DNA of 64,000 nucleotides from Candidatus Aenigmatarchaeota archaeon (GTDB lineage Archaea; Aenigmatarchaeota; Aenigmatarchaeia; CG10238-14; SCSR01), in NCBI GenBank assembly GCA_016177025.1, contig JACOWB010000008.1, forward strand, positions 14,076 to 78,075, given 5' to 3'. The position numbers were made by a program, and so were the translations under genes. The notes under the pieces were generated by a model. It was not told where the DNA came from. It made no database searches and was given only the letters and a program-made list of their open reading frames with translations. Shown piece by piece: positions 1 through 9,232 of this stretch (within the stretch, counting starts at the first letter, position 1; each line of letters opens with the position of its first letter).

Positions 1-1
1 C

Positions 2-2479
2 GAAAGAAAGACTCAAATTGAATTTCCTCCGGATATAATGATAACGACATTGGAACAACTGCAACCGATGCTGACAGGCAAAAACATAAGAGAACTTTTA
101 AGAAATGTCAAGCACATTGTCCTTGATGAAGTACATGAAGTCATTGATTCAAAGCGTGGCGTTCAGCTGGCTGTTGCGCTTGAGAGAATAAAGGAATTGT
201 GCGGCGATTTCCAACTTATAATGTTGTCCGCTACCGTATCCGACCCTGAGCGCGTTGCAGAATTTTTCTCTGGAGGAAAGATTACAAAAGTAGTGAATGC
301 TGATACCGATAAAAAATTTGAAATAACTGTAATTAATCCGAAGCCTGTTCCAGCAGATGACAAGATTGTTGGGAAGATATTCTCCTCAAAGGATACTGCA
401 GCGAGACTAAGGACGATAATGGACTTGATTAAGAATTCCAGGGCAACTCTGACATTTACGAACACAAGAGACTTTGCAGAAATACTGGCGTCAAGAATAA
501 GAGTTGTGGATAGCAAATTTCCTGTTGCCATACATCATGGCTCGCTGAGCAAGGACGTTAGGATAAAGGCTGAGAAAGAGTTTAAGGAGGAAAAAATCAA
601 GTCGCTGATTTCCACAAGCAGCCTGCAATTAGGCATCGACATAGGCAGCGTTGACCAGACCATACAATACATGTCGCCACGCCAGGTAAGCCAGTTGGTT
701 CAAAGAGTGGGAAGAAGCGGGCACGAGCTGTCGAAAGTCAGCAAAGGTATTGTAATCACCACGGGTGATGATGACATGTTCGAATCGACTGTAATCGCAA
801 GGAAAGCTTTGGCTGGAGAAATAGAGCAGATGACGCCGCACAGGAATTCTTATGATGTGCTAGCCCACCAGTTGATAGGTCTCACATTTGATTTCGGCAA
901 GGTAGAACTGGAAAAGGCCTACAGCATTATAAAACGGGCATATCCGTACCGAGATTTGACTTATCAGGAATTTCTTGATGTATGCAAGCAATTGGAAAGA
1001 CTGGGATTGATATTCATGGATGGCTATATCAAAAAGCGCATCAGGGGATTCCAGTATTATTTCGAAAATCTCAGCACGATTCCCAACATAAAACAATTCA
1101 GGGTGTTCAACATGTTCGACAATTCTTTTGTTGGCGTTCTGGATGAAGAATTTATTGCAGTTCATGGTGAGCCTAATACTACATTCATAGTTAAAGGCCA
1201 GCCGTGGAGGATTGTCACAGTCGAAGATGACAAAGTGATGGTGGAGCCTGTGGAGGATATAGAGGCTGCTGTTCCTGGATGGGAGGGGGAATTGATACCT
1301 GTTTTACATGATGTCACGCAAGAAGTTGGGTTGTTGAGAAGAACGATTGCCGAAAAATTGAAAACAGTGTCGCAGAGTGAAATCATAGGCGATTTGCAAA
1401 AGACATATCCGATTGACGAGAATTGCGCCAAAGAAATGATTGGTACAATCAAGAAGCAGGCTAAATTTGGTGTGGTTCCTGATGATAGGACTGTTCTTGT
1501 AGAAGATTATGAGAATTTGGTTGTCATTCATACATGCTATGGAAACAACGTTAACGAAACTTTGGGAAGATTTATTGTTGCTTTATTGACAAGCAGAGTT
1601 GGTTCTGTTGGATTGAAGACGGATCCCTACAGGATAATGATACAGTTCCAGAAGAAGAATGTGGACTTGATTAAGGAAATATTGTTCAACACAAAACCTG
1701 AGCATCTGCAGAGTTACCTTGAGATGTCGCTGGCTAATAGCGAGCTGTTTGCGTGGAAGTTTGTGCACGTGGCCAAAAGATTTGGCGCGATAACGAGAGA
1801 TGCCGAATTTGGCCAAGTTAGAATGAAAAAAATTATTGAAGATTATGTCGGGACGCCGATATACAAGGAGACATTAAAAGAACTGGAAACAGAAAAGTTC
1901 GACATATCGAAAGCTACAGAGATATTGCAGAAAATACAGAATAAAGAAATTAAAGTTGTTTTCAAGAATGGTCTGTCGTATCTGGGAAAAATTGGTGTAG
2001 AGCACAAGTATGCGGAAGTTGTCGGTCCTGAGAAGCCCGAGATGGAAATTTTTGAGTTGTTCAAGCAGAGGCTGCTGAACACGCAAATGAGACTGGTGTG
2101 TGTTAATTGTGGTGATTGGGATCAACTGTATTTTGTCAAAGAAGTGAATGACAGGGTTAAATGCAACAAATGCGATTCGAAATTGTTGGCGCCATTGAAG
2201 AAACAATGGATTGGTGGAGGTAAGGTTGTCAAGAAGGCTCTAAGAAAGATCGGAATGGACGAACTTGAAAGGAAGCGGTATGAAAATATGAAGAATAGGG
2301 CTGAACTTTTCATGTATTTTAGGGGCAAATCCGTCAAAGCTTTAGCCGGTAAAGGCGTAGGACCTACTACAGCTAAAAGGATTCTAGGAAAGTATCATAA
2401 GGATGACAACAACCTATTTAGGGATATATTAGAAGCGGAAAAGACTTTCGCGAAAACGAAGCGATATTGGAAGATTTAA
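2..2479 (+). CDS. lhr: Lhr-like ATP-dependent SF2 helicase (5' truncated by window edge)
   Basis: Frame open from position 2 (..PPDIMITT..), DEVH box, LSAT, HHGSLS, LQLGIDIG, QRVGRSGH, C-terminal CxxC..CxxC and GVGP HhH typical of archaeal Lhr. Confidence 0.9.
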   Translation, partial: ERKTQIEFPPDIMITTLEQLQPMLTGKNIRELLRNVKHIVLDEVHEVIDSKRGVQLAVALERIKELCGDFQLIMLSATVSDPERVAEFFSGGKITKVVNADTDKKFEITVINPKPVPADDKIVGKIFSSKDTAARLRTIMDLIKNSRATLTFTNTRDFAEILASRIRVVDSKFPVAIHHGSLSKDVRIKAEKEFKEEKIKSLISTSSLQLGIDIGSVDQTIQYMSPRQVSQLVQRVGRSGHELSKVSKGIVITTGDDDMFESTVIARKALAGEIEQMTPHRNSYDVLAHQLIGLTFDFGKVELEKAYSIIKRAYPYRDLTYQEFLDVCKQLERLGLIFMDGYIKKRIRGFQYYFENLSTIPNIKQFRVFNMFDNSFVGVLDEEFIAVHGEPNTTFIVKGQPWRIVTVEDDKVMVEPVEDIEAAVPGWEGELIPVLHDVTQEVGLLRRTIAEKLKTVSQSEIIGDLQKTYPIDENCAKEMIGTIKKQAKFGVVPDDRTVLVEDYENLVVIHTCYGNNVNETLGRFIVALLTSRVGSVGLKTDPYRIMIQFQKKNVDLIKEILFNTKPEHLQSYLEMSLANSELFAWKFVHVAKRFGAITRDAEFGQVRMKKIIEDYVGTPIYKETLKELETEKFDISKATEILQKIQNKEIKVVFKNGLSYLGKIGVEHKYAEVVGPEKPEMEIFELFKQRLLNTQMRLVCVNCGDWDQLYFVKEVNDRVKCNKCDSKLLAPLKKQWIGGGKVVKKALRKIGMDELERKRYENMKNRAELFMYFRGKSVKALAGKGVGPTTAKRILGKYHKDDNNLFRDILEAEKTFAKTKRYWKI

Positions 2480-2501
2480 AAGTAGCTTTCAATAGACAAT
2501 T

Positions 2502-3143
2502 ATGCCAGCGCTTGTAGTAAGTATAGATGGGCCAGACTTCTCGGGCAAGTCCACAATAGCGAATCTTTTAATGGAAATACTGCGAAAGAGTAACAATGAC
2601 ATCATATTCAAGCGAACGGAAGTCCCTAGCACTTTAAGCACAGGGTTTTTCACAAAGATTCTTCGGAACTCTGCGGACGAAATTTCGTCTAACGTGTTTG
2701 CCTTGGCATATGCCACCGATCATCTGCACCACTATGAGACTGTGATCGAACCATTGAACGGATCGGGGAAAAATTATGTGGTTATCCAAGAACGCTCACT
2801 TCTGTCCACATATATTTATCAAAGCTTGATAGGTAAGACAGATTTGAAATGGTTGAAAGAAATAAACAAATTTGACAAAAATATACCTAACTTGACAATT
2901 CTACTGAAGGTTCCTGCGAATGAAATCATAAAAAGGAGCCAATTGGAAAAAAGAGATCACGACAAGTTTGAGACACCAGAACACCTTGAGGAAGAATTAA
3001 AAGTTTACTACAATTTACCTGAAGAGCTGGCAAATGAGTTTAATGTCGAATATATAGATGCTGGAGACAACCCAGAAAACGTAGCTGAAAGATGCGCGAA
3101 AAGAATTCAGAAAGAAATTGATGAAAGATTAAAGTGGCACTAG
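2502..3143 (+). CDS. tmk: Thymidylate kinase
   Basis: P-loop IDGPDFSGKST, ERSLLSTYIYQ (DR..S..AYQ-like), PNLTILL. Confidence 0.8.
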   Translation: MPALVVSIDGPDFSGKSTIANLLMEILRKSNNDIIFKRTEVPSTLSTGFFTKILRNSADEISSNVFALAYATDHLHHYETVIEPLNGSGKNYVVIQERSLLSTYIYQSLIGKTDLKWLKEINKFDKNIPNLTILLKVPANEIIKRSQLEKRDHDKFETPEHLEEELKVYYNLPEELANEFNVEYIDAGDNPENVAERCAKRIQKEIDERLKWH

Positions 3144-3144
3144 A

Positions 3145-3597
3145 TTATTTTGTCGACCAGTAAGTTCCCTTCTTCTTTTTCCACATGACGTAATCCTTCA
3201 GGATTTTTGTGTGGTCAAACCCTAGCTTCTTAGATTTGACTTTATCGATATCGCACCAAATGGGTTCGCCTTCAAAACTTCCTCTTAATCTTCCTCCGAT
3301 GGGTTCCATAATAAAAGCAACTGACACAGAAAGAAATCTAGGATCTCTAGACTTTCCAGAATAAACGCCGAGTATCTCTTTTATCCTGACTTTAAGCCCT
3401 GTTTCCTCTCGGGATTCCCTAACAACAGCGTGCTCGATAGTTTCACCATATTCAACCATCCCACCTGGAAGCTGCAACATTCCTTTGAACGGAGTTATCG
3501 TTCGCTTTGACAAAACTATTTTGTTCTTCTTCACAATCAGAGGGTCTACCGCAATCTTTGGTGATTTAGACGGTTCTTTCCAACTACTGACCTTCAT
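3145..3597 (-). CDS. Nudix hydrolase (ADP-ribose pyrophosphatase-like)
   Basis: Nudix box GGMVEYGETIEHAVVRESREETG, RDPR, LGFDH. Confidence 0.85.
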   Translation of the reverse strand: MKVSSWKEPSKSPKIAVDPLIVKKNKIVLSKRTITPFKGMLQLPGGMVEYGETIEHAVVRESREETGLKVRIKEILGVYSGKSRDPRFLSVSVAFIMEPIGGRLRGSFEGEPIWCDIDKVKSKKLGFDHTKILKDYVMWKKKKGTYWSTK

Positions 3598-3600
3598 ATA

Positions 3601-3750
3601 TTAACTAACGTATCCCTTTACTAATAATCGTCCCAACTCCGTCAATCGAACCTTTATCCTCCCTCGTTTTTCTTCAGTTTCAACCAGTCCCATCGTTTTC
3701 AATCCTTCCGACTTCATGTTTCCAACCGGAGCTATCATTGTGTATTTCAT
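3601..3750 (-). pseudogene. Internally deleted, in-frame 49-aa copy of the CARF-like/wHTH regulator at 18332-18982
   Basis: Translates MKYTMIAPVG-NMKSEGLKTMGLVETEEKRGRIKVRLTELGRLLVKGYVS*, near-identical to the first 10 aa and a 39-aa C-terminal segment of 18332-18982; not in the ORF track. Confidence 0.85.
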
Positions 3751-3802
3751 GATAAATTAAATGTTTCCTTATCTTTTAAATCTAATGTTTAATTGTTAAA
3801 TG
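3601..3802. repeat. Diverged direct repeat of regulator gene ends plus ~50 bp promoter (other copy ~18350-18470 and 18953-19034)
   Basis: gataaattaaatgtttccttatcttttaaatctaatgtttaattgttaaatg vs gataaactaaacgtctccttatcttttaaggtttatgtttaactggtaaatg. Confidence 0.85.
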
Positions 3803-3819
3803 CCACTTATATAGTGGCA
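3801..3819. promoter_or_regulatory. Inverted repeat, putative operator upstream of dsbA-like gene
   Basis: TGCCACT-tatat-AGTGGCA, 20 bp before the GTG start and overlapping a TATA-like core. Confidence 0.5.
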
Positions 3820-3839
3820 AATTGTCTTCTTAATAAAAG

Positions 3840-4574
3840 GTGAAAACGATTAAAGTAAGTTTCGATGTCTCCAAATCAACGGTTGCTTTGCTTGTGTTCG
3901 CACTAGGCATAGGATACTTATTAGGAAATGTATTCGGAGTGTCCAGTTTTACAGGAAAGACTACTGAAATTACAGCTATAACTCAGACACAGCCTACGCA
4001 ACAGCAACAACCGTCAAAAGTTCAAGTATCGATTGATGATGATCCTTCAATGGGCGAAAAGGATGCCAAAGTTATAGTTATAGAATTTTCTGATTTCCAA
4101 TGTCCGTTCTGTAGAAGATCCTACACAGATACAATATCTCAACTGAAGAAGGATTATATTGATACAGGGAAGGTGCTTTTTGTATACAGAGATTTCCCAT
4201 TAAGCTCCATACATCCTAGCGCATCATCTGCTGCCATGGCTGCCAACTGTGCGAATGAACAAGGCAAGTTCTGGGAAATGCACAACAAAATATTTGATGA
4301 ACAAAACAAGCAAGGGCAGGGAACAGTACAATTTTCTAGTGATGACTTGAAGAAATGGGCCGATGAGATTGGTTTAGACACTGATAAATTCAATTCTTGC
4401 TTAGACTCACAAAAATACAAAGATGAAGTTGATAAAGACTTTCAAGACGGTGTAACAGCTGGCGTCACAGGGACTCCGACATTCTATATAGGGAATCCAA
4501 AAGACGGATATACAGAAATCGTAGGTGCTCAACCGTATTCTGTTATCAGGCAAGTGATAGATTCAATGCTTTAA
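3840..4574 (+). CDS. DsbA/BdbD-family membrane-anchored thiol-disulfide oxidoreductase
   Basis: N-terminal TM, EFSDFQCPFC, RDFPL..IHP, GVTGTPTF, GAQPY. Confidence 0.9.
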   Translation: MKTIKVSFDVSKSTVALLVFALGIGYLLGNVFGVSSFTGKTTEITAITQTQPTQQQQPSKVQVSIDDDPSMGEKDAKVIVIEFSDFQCPFCRRSYTDTISQLKKDYIDTGKVLFVYRDFPLSSIHPSASSAAMAANCANEQGKFWEMHNKIFDEQNKQGQGTVQFSSDDLKKWADEIGLDTDKFNSCLDSQKYKDEVDKDFQDGVTAGVTGTPTFYIGNPKDGYTEIVGAQPYSVIRQVIDSML

Positions 4575-5143
4575 TGAACATTATGGGAAAAAGGAATGTA
4601 TTTGTACATAACTTGAAAGAAATAAAAGAGTCTGTAGTGCTCGTCTTTAGCAAACAGGTTTATATATTTTCCGCGATTTCAATTTCAGCTTTTCTTTTTT
4701 TCTTATTTATTTTCCTTACAAACATGCCACTCTTTCTCCAAGCATGGTCGGTGGGCGGATTTGCACTTTTTCCTAAAGTTTCGTTGAATATTATCAATAC
4801 TATCTTGTCTGTTTCGGGTAACTTGGCTTTAAGCCTGATGGTTGCTGTAGCTCTAGCCGGGGGAATTAACATTTCCATGATTGCTTTCAAGTTTCTGGCA
4901 ACAAGAAACAGAGAAATTAATTTGTTCAGCATAGGCGGCTTAATCGGGAGTGCATTCGGTGCAGGCTGTCCTGCCTGTTCAACCTCCTTACTTTCGATAT
5001 TAGGTGTTACGGGCGGTTTGTCAATTCTTCCCTTCAAAGGTATTGAGTTCACATTCAGCGGTTTGATAATTCTTCTTATTTCTTTATATTTTATAGCCAA
5101 GTCAATAAGTAATTGCGAAGAGTGCAAGATTAGAGCTAATTAG
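4574..5143 (+). CDS. Membrane protein with intramembrane CxxC (GAGCPAC) and C-terminal CEEC
   Basis: About 4 hydrophobic helices, translationally coupled to dsbA (taatg). Confidence 0.75.
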   Translation: MNIMGKRNVFVHNLKEIKESVVLVFSKQVYIFSAISISAFLFFLFIFLTNMPLFLQAWSVGGFALFPKVSLNIINTILSVSGNLALSLMVAVALAGGINISMIAFKFLATRNREINLFSIGGLIGSAFGAGCPACSTSLLSILGVTGGLSILPFKGIEFTFSGLIILLISLYFIAKSISNCEECKIRAN

Positions 5144-5198
5144 TTTGATTTAACTTAATCAAAAGATTTAAATAGTATATATGCCATAGATATCATAT
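5144..5198. promoter_or_regulatory. arsR promoter/operator: TTTGATT-N6-AATCAAA, TATA (tttaaata) and ATATG..CATAT repeat
   Basis: Inverted repeats seen at 5144-5163 and ~5179-5198, immediately before the arsR ATG. Confidence 0.45.
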
Positions 5199-5508
5199 GA
5201 TAAAAACACCATATAAATTATTCTTCGGTACATTAAGCAATGAGATAAGATTAAAAATATTGCATGCATTAGCGGAAAAACCTAAAAACGTCACACAACT
5301 TACTAATGAACTCGGGTTTGACCAAACAACTGTGTCAAAGAACTTAAAGCGTTTGGCTACATGCCAATTTATTACAAACAAGAAAATAGGAAAACACAGC
5401 ATCTACTCTTTAAATAAGAAGACCATCTTGCCTTTGCTCAAGCTTATAGATAGACATGTTGATAAGTATTGTAAAAACTGCGAGTTGCTCCTGAATGAAA
5501 GAATATGA
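5197..5508 (+). CDS. ArsR/SmtB-family transcriptional regulator
   Basis: LSNEIRLKIL, NVTQL...QTTVSKNLKRL HTH, C-terminal H/CKNC metal ligands. Confidence 0.85.
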   Translation: MIKTPYKLFFGTLSNEIRLKILHALAEKPKNVTQLTNELGFDQTTVSKNLKRLATCQFITNKKIGKHSIYSLNKKTILPLLKLIDRHVDKYCKNCELLLNERI

Positions 5509-6782
5509 TTTAATAATCTTGGGTCAAGGGTCAGCCGCATTTGCTGCAGCAATAAAAGCAAATGATTTAGGAATAAAAACAGCTATGGTTGGTGGCAATG
5601 CCACTTCCGGTGCGTTAATAGGTGGTACTTGTGTTAATGTTGGTTGCATGCCAAGCAAGAATCTAATCACAGTGGGGACCCTCTATTACCATGCGGTGAA
5701 TAATTCTTTCGAAGGGATTAAATATGGAAAAGGAAGACTCAATTTCAAGAAAGTTATCGAACAAAAGGATAGGCTTGTAAAGAAGTTTAGAAAAGAAAAA
5801 TATGCTGATGTTGTGAAAGGTTTGGAGAACGTGACTTATTTTGAAGGCAAAGGTAAGTTCATTTCTAAGGATGAAGTCGAAGTTGAAGGTAAAACACTAA
5901 AAGGAAAAAAGTTCTTGGTTGCTGTCGGTGCAATATCTAACATAATTCCTGTTCAAGGAATAGAAAAAATAGAGTACCTAACAAATGAAGAAGCTCTGAG
6001 TTTGAAGGAATTACCTAAATCAATGTGTGTCATTGGTGGCAGGGCTTTAGGACTGGAATTTGCACAAATGTATGCACACTTTGGAACTAAGGTAACAGTT
6101 TTGCAAAGAAGCGATAGAATTCTTCCAGAGGGGGAACCTGAAATTTCTGAAGCATTGAGAAAATACTTGGAAGAAGAAGGTATAATTATTTACACAGGGA
6201 CAGAGATTAACAGTGTAGATAAGAAAGGGAAAAATAAAACTGTTAATTTCACTGTTGGCAATGAAACAAAAGAAGCTGAATTTGAGCAAATTCTATTTGC
6301 AACTGGCAGAAAACCAAATACAGAAAATCTGGGATTAGAGAAAGTAGACGTGAAAACTGATGAAAAGGGTTTCATTATAGTGAATGATGAAATGCAAACA
6401 TCTGCACCAAGTATTTGGGCTGCCGGAGACGTCATTGGGGAACCTATGCTGGAAACTATTGCAGCGAAAGAAGGTGCTGTAGCAGTGGATAATGCTTTTA
6501 CGGAAAGCAAAAGGAAGATTAATTTTAATGAAGTTCCTTCTGCTGTATTTACCTATCCTGATAGTTGCAGACAATGATACAAAACAGATTGTGGGCGTTC
6601 ATATAGTAGCACCCCACGCAGCCGATCTTATACATGAAGGAACGCTAGCCGTTAAATTCAAGATGAAAATAGATGACATAATTGACACAGTCCATGTTTT
6701 TCCAACATTATCTGAAGCGATTAAATTAGCTGCACAGTCATTCTATAAGGATGTTAGCAGGCTGAGCTGTTGTACCGAGTGA
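5495..6782 (+). pseudogene. merA: Mercuric reductase MerA, split by an internal deletion/frameshift near 6558 (ORFs 5495-6577 and ~6558-6782)
   Basis: GQGSAA FAD motif, GGTCVNVGCMPSK redox disulfide, HVFPTLSE and C-terminal LSCCTE vicinal cysteines; the segment between VFTYP and IVADN is missing. Confidence 0.8.
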
Positions 6783-6894
6783 CATTTTTGGTTATAGTAG
6801 GTGATTATCTGTTTTTATCGTCGGTATTCGTAGAAGAATTTGCATCTTTACTCTTTTCCCAATAATTTAAATCTTAATTAACAATAGGATTGTT

Positions 6895-7566
6895 ATGGAA
6901 AAAGTTTCTTGTGATGTCTGCGGTAGAAAGTTCAAGACTAGTGAAGCCTTGACCCAACATAAAAATGATGCGCATAAACAGACTAGTGACGAAAAACAAC
7001 AAAGAAAAAAGAAGATATCAACAGGTAAGATACTTGCTTTTTTGATACCATCCTTGATTGTTTTAGGCATTGGATACGGGATTTATTGGGCTTTGTCAAC
7101 AGAAGGTGTGGGAACTATTGGGTCAACGCATATCCACGCTGACTTTGCTGTTTTTCTGGATAGTGAAGAAATTACCCCGCTTCCAGAGCAGTATTTTGTA
7201 GCTAGTCCGTATGTGCATGTCGAGACTGGAGCTGGAGCTGGTACTGTAATTCATATACATGCCACTGACGTACCTCTGAAGATGTTTTTCAACAGTCTCG
7301 GTATGAAGTTTAACTCAGAGTGTTTCGAAGCTGGTCAGGACAACAAATACTGTAATTACGGTGATACTACTCTGAAAATGTTTGTAAAGCATGCTAATAG
7401 TACATGGGAACAGAATTTCGAATATGAAAAATACATCTCCCAAGATTTGGATAAAATATTGATTACATACGGGAGCGACACGGACGAGGAGATTCAGCTA
7501 CAACAGAATAATGTAACAGATTTCTCAAAAGACAACTCTGGCAGAAGCATGGCTCTAAGAAGATAA
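6895..7566 (+). CDS. C2H2 zinc finger + TM + extracellular His-cluster domain (uncharacterised)
   Basis: CDVC...HKNDAH, single TM, HIHADF/HVE/IHIH motifs. Confidence 0.7.
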   Translation: MEKVSCDVCGRKFKTSEALTQHKNDAHKQTSDEKQQRKKKISTGKILAFLIPSLIVLGIGYGIYWALSTEGVGTIGSTHIHADFAVFLDSEEITPLPEQYFVASPYVHVETGAGAGTVIHIHATDVPLKMFFNSLGMKFNSECFEAGQDNKYCNYGDTTLKMFVKHANSTWEQNFEYEKYISQDLDKILITYGSDTDEEIQLQQNNVTDFSKDNSGRSMALRR

Positions 7567-7580
7567 ATTTAATAGCTCTA

Positions 7581-9002
7581 ATGGAGAAAGAATATATAAT
7601 GAAACGGAAATCCGGCATTCGAGAAATGGTATCGAACACATTTACCGTTGTAGCACGCAAAAATCTTGCGTTCTTTCTGATTTCATTAATAGCATTCACC
7701 CTTCTATATCTGTTCTTTTACGGTGTTTTCACAATCCCTGTCCTTGAGATAGGATTCTTCAAGGATGTCAAGCCTGGTGCATTTGATTACTTCTACATTT
7801 TCTCTTCGTCTTTATTGTCGGCATTGATAGTGACGTTGACAAAATATTCAATCACGAACAAAGTTCTTACCAGAGGAACATCCATTTTTGGCATATCTGC
7901 AGGTGTATTCGGTGCAATATGCCCTGTATGCTTGGGTGTGAATTTCCTAGTATTTGGTAGTTTTGTAACGCTTCCTCTGGTTTCATTGATTCCTTATTTA
8001 TTCTGGATACAGCTTGCTGGTCTCACGTTATTGACATTGGGCTTAGGGGCGACTATAAAAAATTCTTATGATAATATTTGCCTGGCATGCACAACTGAGA
8101 TTAAAGAAAAGAAAATCAAGACAAGTCTATTGGGTAGTACACTAAATCCTTTCCAAAGTTTTGTATTTTTTGCGTTATTGCTGTTGGCTATTTTTGCCTT
8201 GGGGTATCAGATTCTACCGCTGGTGTTGGGAGACGTATTTACTAGCACGGGTGCAGCAGTCGCTACAAATGGTCATGATAGTGATTTAGATTTAGAAACA
8301 GTAGTTTCGCAGGTTCTTCCTGAAGAAGGATTTACAATAGATGCTATATGGGAGGACTCTGTAAGCAAGATGGTGAAAGCTGGTACATTAGATATTGATA
8401 AATTGAACGACATATTGACAAAGCGGTATGGTCAACCATTGACAGAAGAACAGAAGAAACTATTGACATCGGATTATTCTAATGAAAAACTTACAATAAA
8501 CTCAAAGAATGCGGTTTTCATGATGTATGTTCTTTGGGCTCTAGCGAAAGACAATGACAACCAGATTCTGCATGACAGTCCGTTTGCACAGTATTTTGAA
8601 GATTATGATATAGGAGTTGGTAAGGCTGGTTATGGTGATACTAAATTAATTGACTTGACTCCCGAGCAGCAGGAGATTGCAAAATACGCTGCACTTAATT
8701 CCTACAGACCATGCTGCGGCAATCCTACAGGTCATCCCGATTGTTCGCACGGATTTTCTGCATTGGGGTTGATTGAATTGATGGCAGAACAAGGATATAC
8801 CAAAGAACAGATATTCGATGCTTTCGTGAAATTCAACTCATACTGGTTCCCGTCCACGTATATCCAAGATGCGCTATACTTTAAATTGGCAGAAAACAAA
8901 GATTGGAGTGATGTTGACAGAGAACTTGTTGCTGGAAAGCAGTATTCGTCCTTATCTGGCTCTTATGCGGTTAAGCAATACTTGCAAAATCTAGGAGTAT
9001 AG
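7581..9002 (+). CDS. Multi-TM CxxC membrane protein with C-terminal Cys/His-rich soluble domain
   Basis: GAICPVC in TM region, CLAC linker, RPCCGNPTGHPDCSHG motif. Confidence 0.7.
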   Translation: MEKEYIMKRKSGIREMVSNTFTVVARKNLAFFLISLIAFTLLYLFFYGVFTIPVLEIGFFKDVKPGAFDYFYIFSSSLLSALIVTLTKYSITNKVLTRGTSIFGISAGVFGAICPVCLGVNFLVFGSFVTLPLVSLIPYLFWIQLAGLTLLTLGLGATIKNSYDNICLACTTEIKEKKIKTSLLGSTLNPFQSFVFFALLLLAIFALGYQILPLVLGDVFTSTGAAVATNGHDSDLDLETVVSQVLPEEGFTIDAIWEDSVSKMVKAGTLDIDKLNDILTKRYGQPLTEEQKKLLTSDYSNEKLTINSKNAVFMMYVLWALAKDNDNQILHDSPFAQYFEDYDIGVGKAGYGDTKLIDLTPEQQEIAKYAALNSYRPCCGNPTGHPDCSHGFSALGLIELMAEQGYTKEQIFDAFVKFNSYWFPSTYIQDALYFKLAENKDWSDVDRELVAGKQYSSLSGSYAVKQYLQNLGV

Positions 9003-9012
9003 GAGGTTAAAA

Positions 9013-9204
9013 ATGAATACAAATGTCGTGTTGCTTGCGCTGATAGGCATACTGGTGTTGATGGCTGGAATACAGGCTTTCCAATTGACTACACTGTCAC
9101 AGGCTATCTCCGGCGGTACATTAATGTCCTCATCAGTGTCAGGTGCGGGATCTGGCGTACTATCGCAACTGTCGCAAGCTTCACAAGTCGGCGGATGCGG
9201 ATAG
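9013..9204 (+). CDS. Small membrane-anchored peptide ending in VGGCG
   Basis: Strong RBS AGGAGGT at 9001, N-terminal hydrophobic helix, Ser/Gly linker, terminal Cys. Confidence 0.7.
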   Translation: MNTNVVLLALIGILVLMAGIQAFQLTTLSQAISGGTLMSSSVSGAGSGVLSQLSQASQVGGCG

Positions 9205-9232
9205 GTTTTCTTCTTTAATTGGAGATGAATAA

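Noticed and set aside
5495-6782. The flavoprotein as the missing E3 (lpdA), or as a programmed frameshift
   Set aside because: The C-terminal CC pair and metal-island context indicate MerA. Sequence is missing at the junction, so frameshifting cannot restore it.
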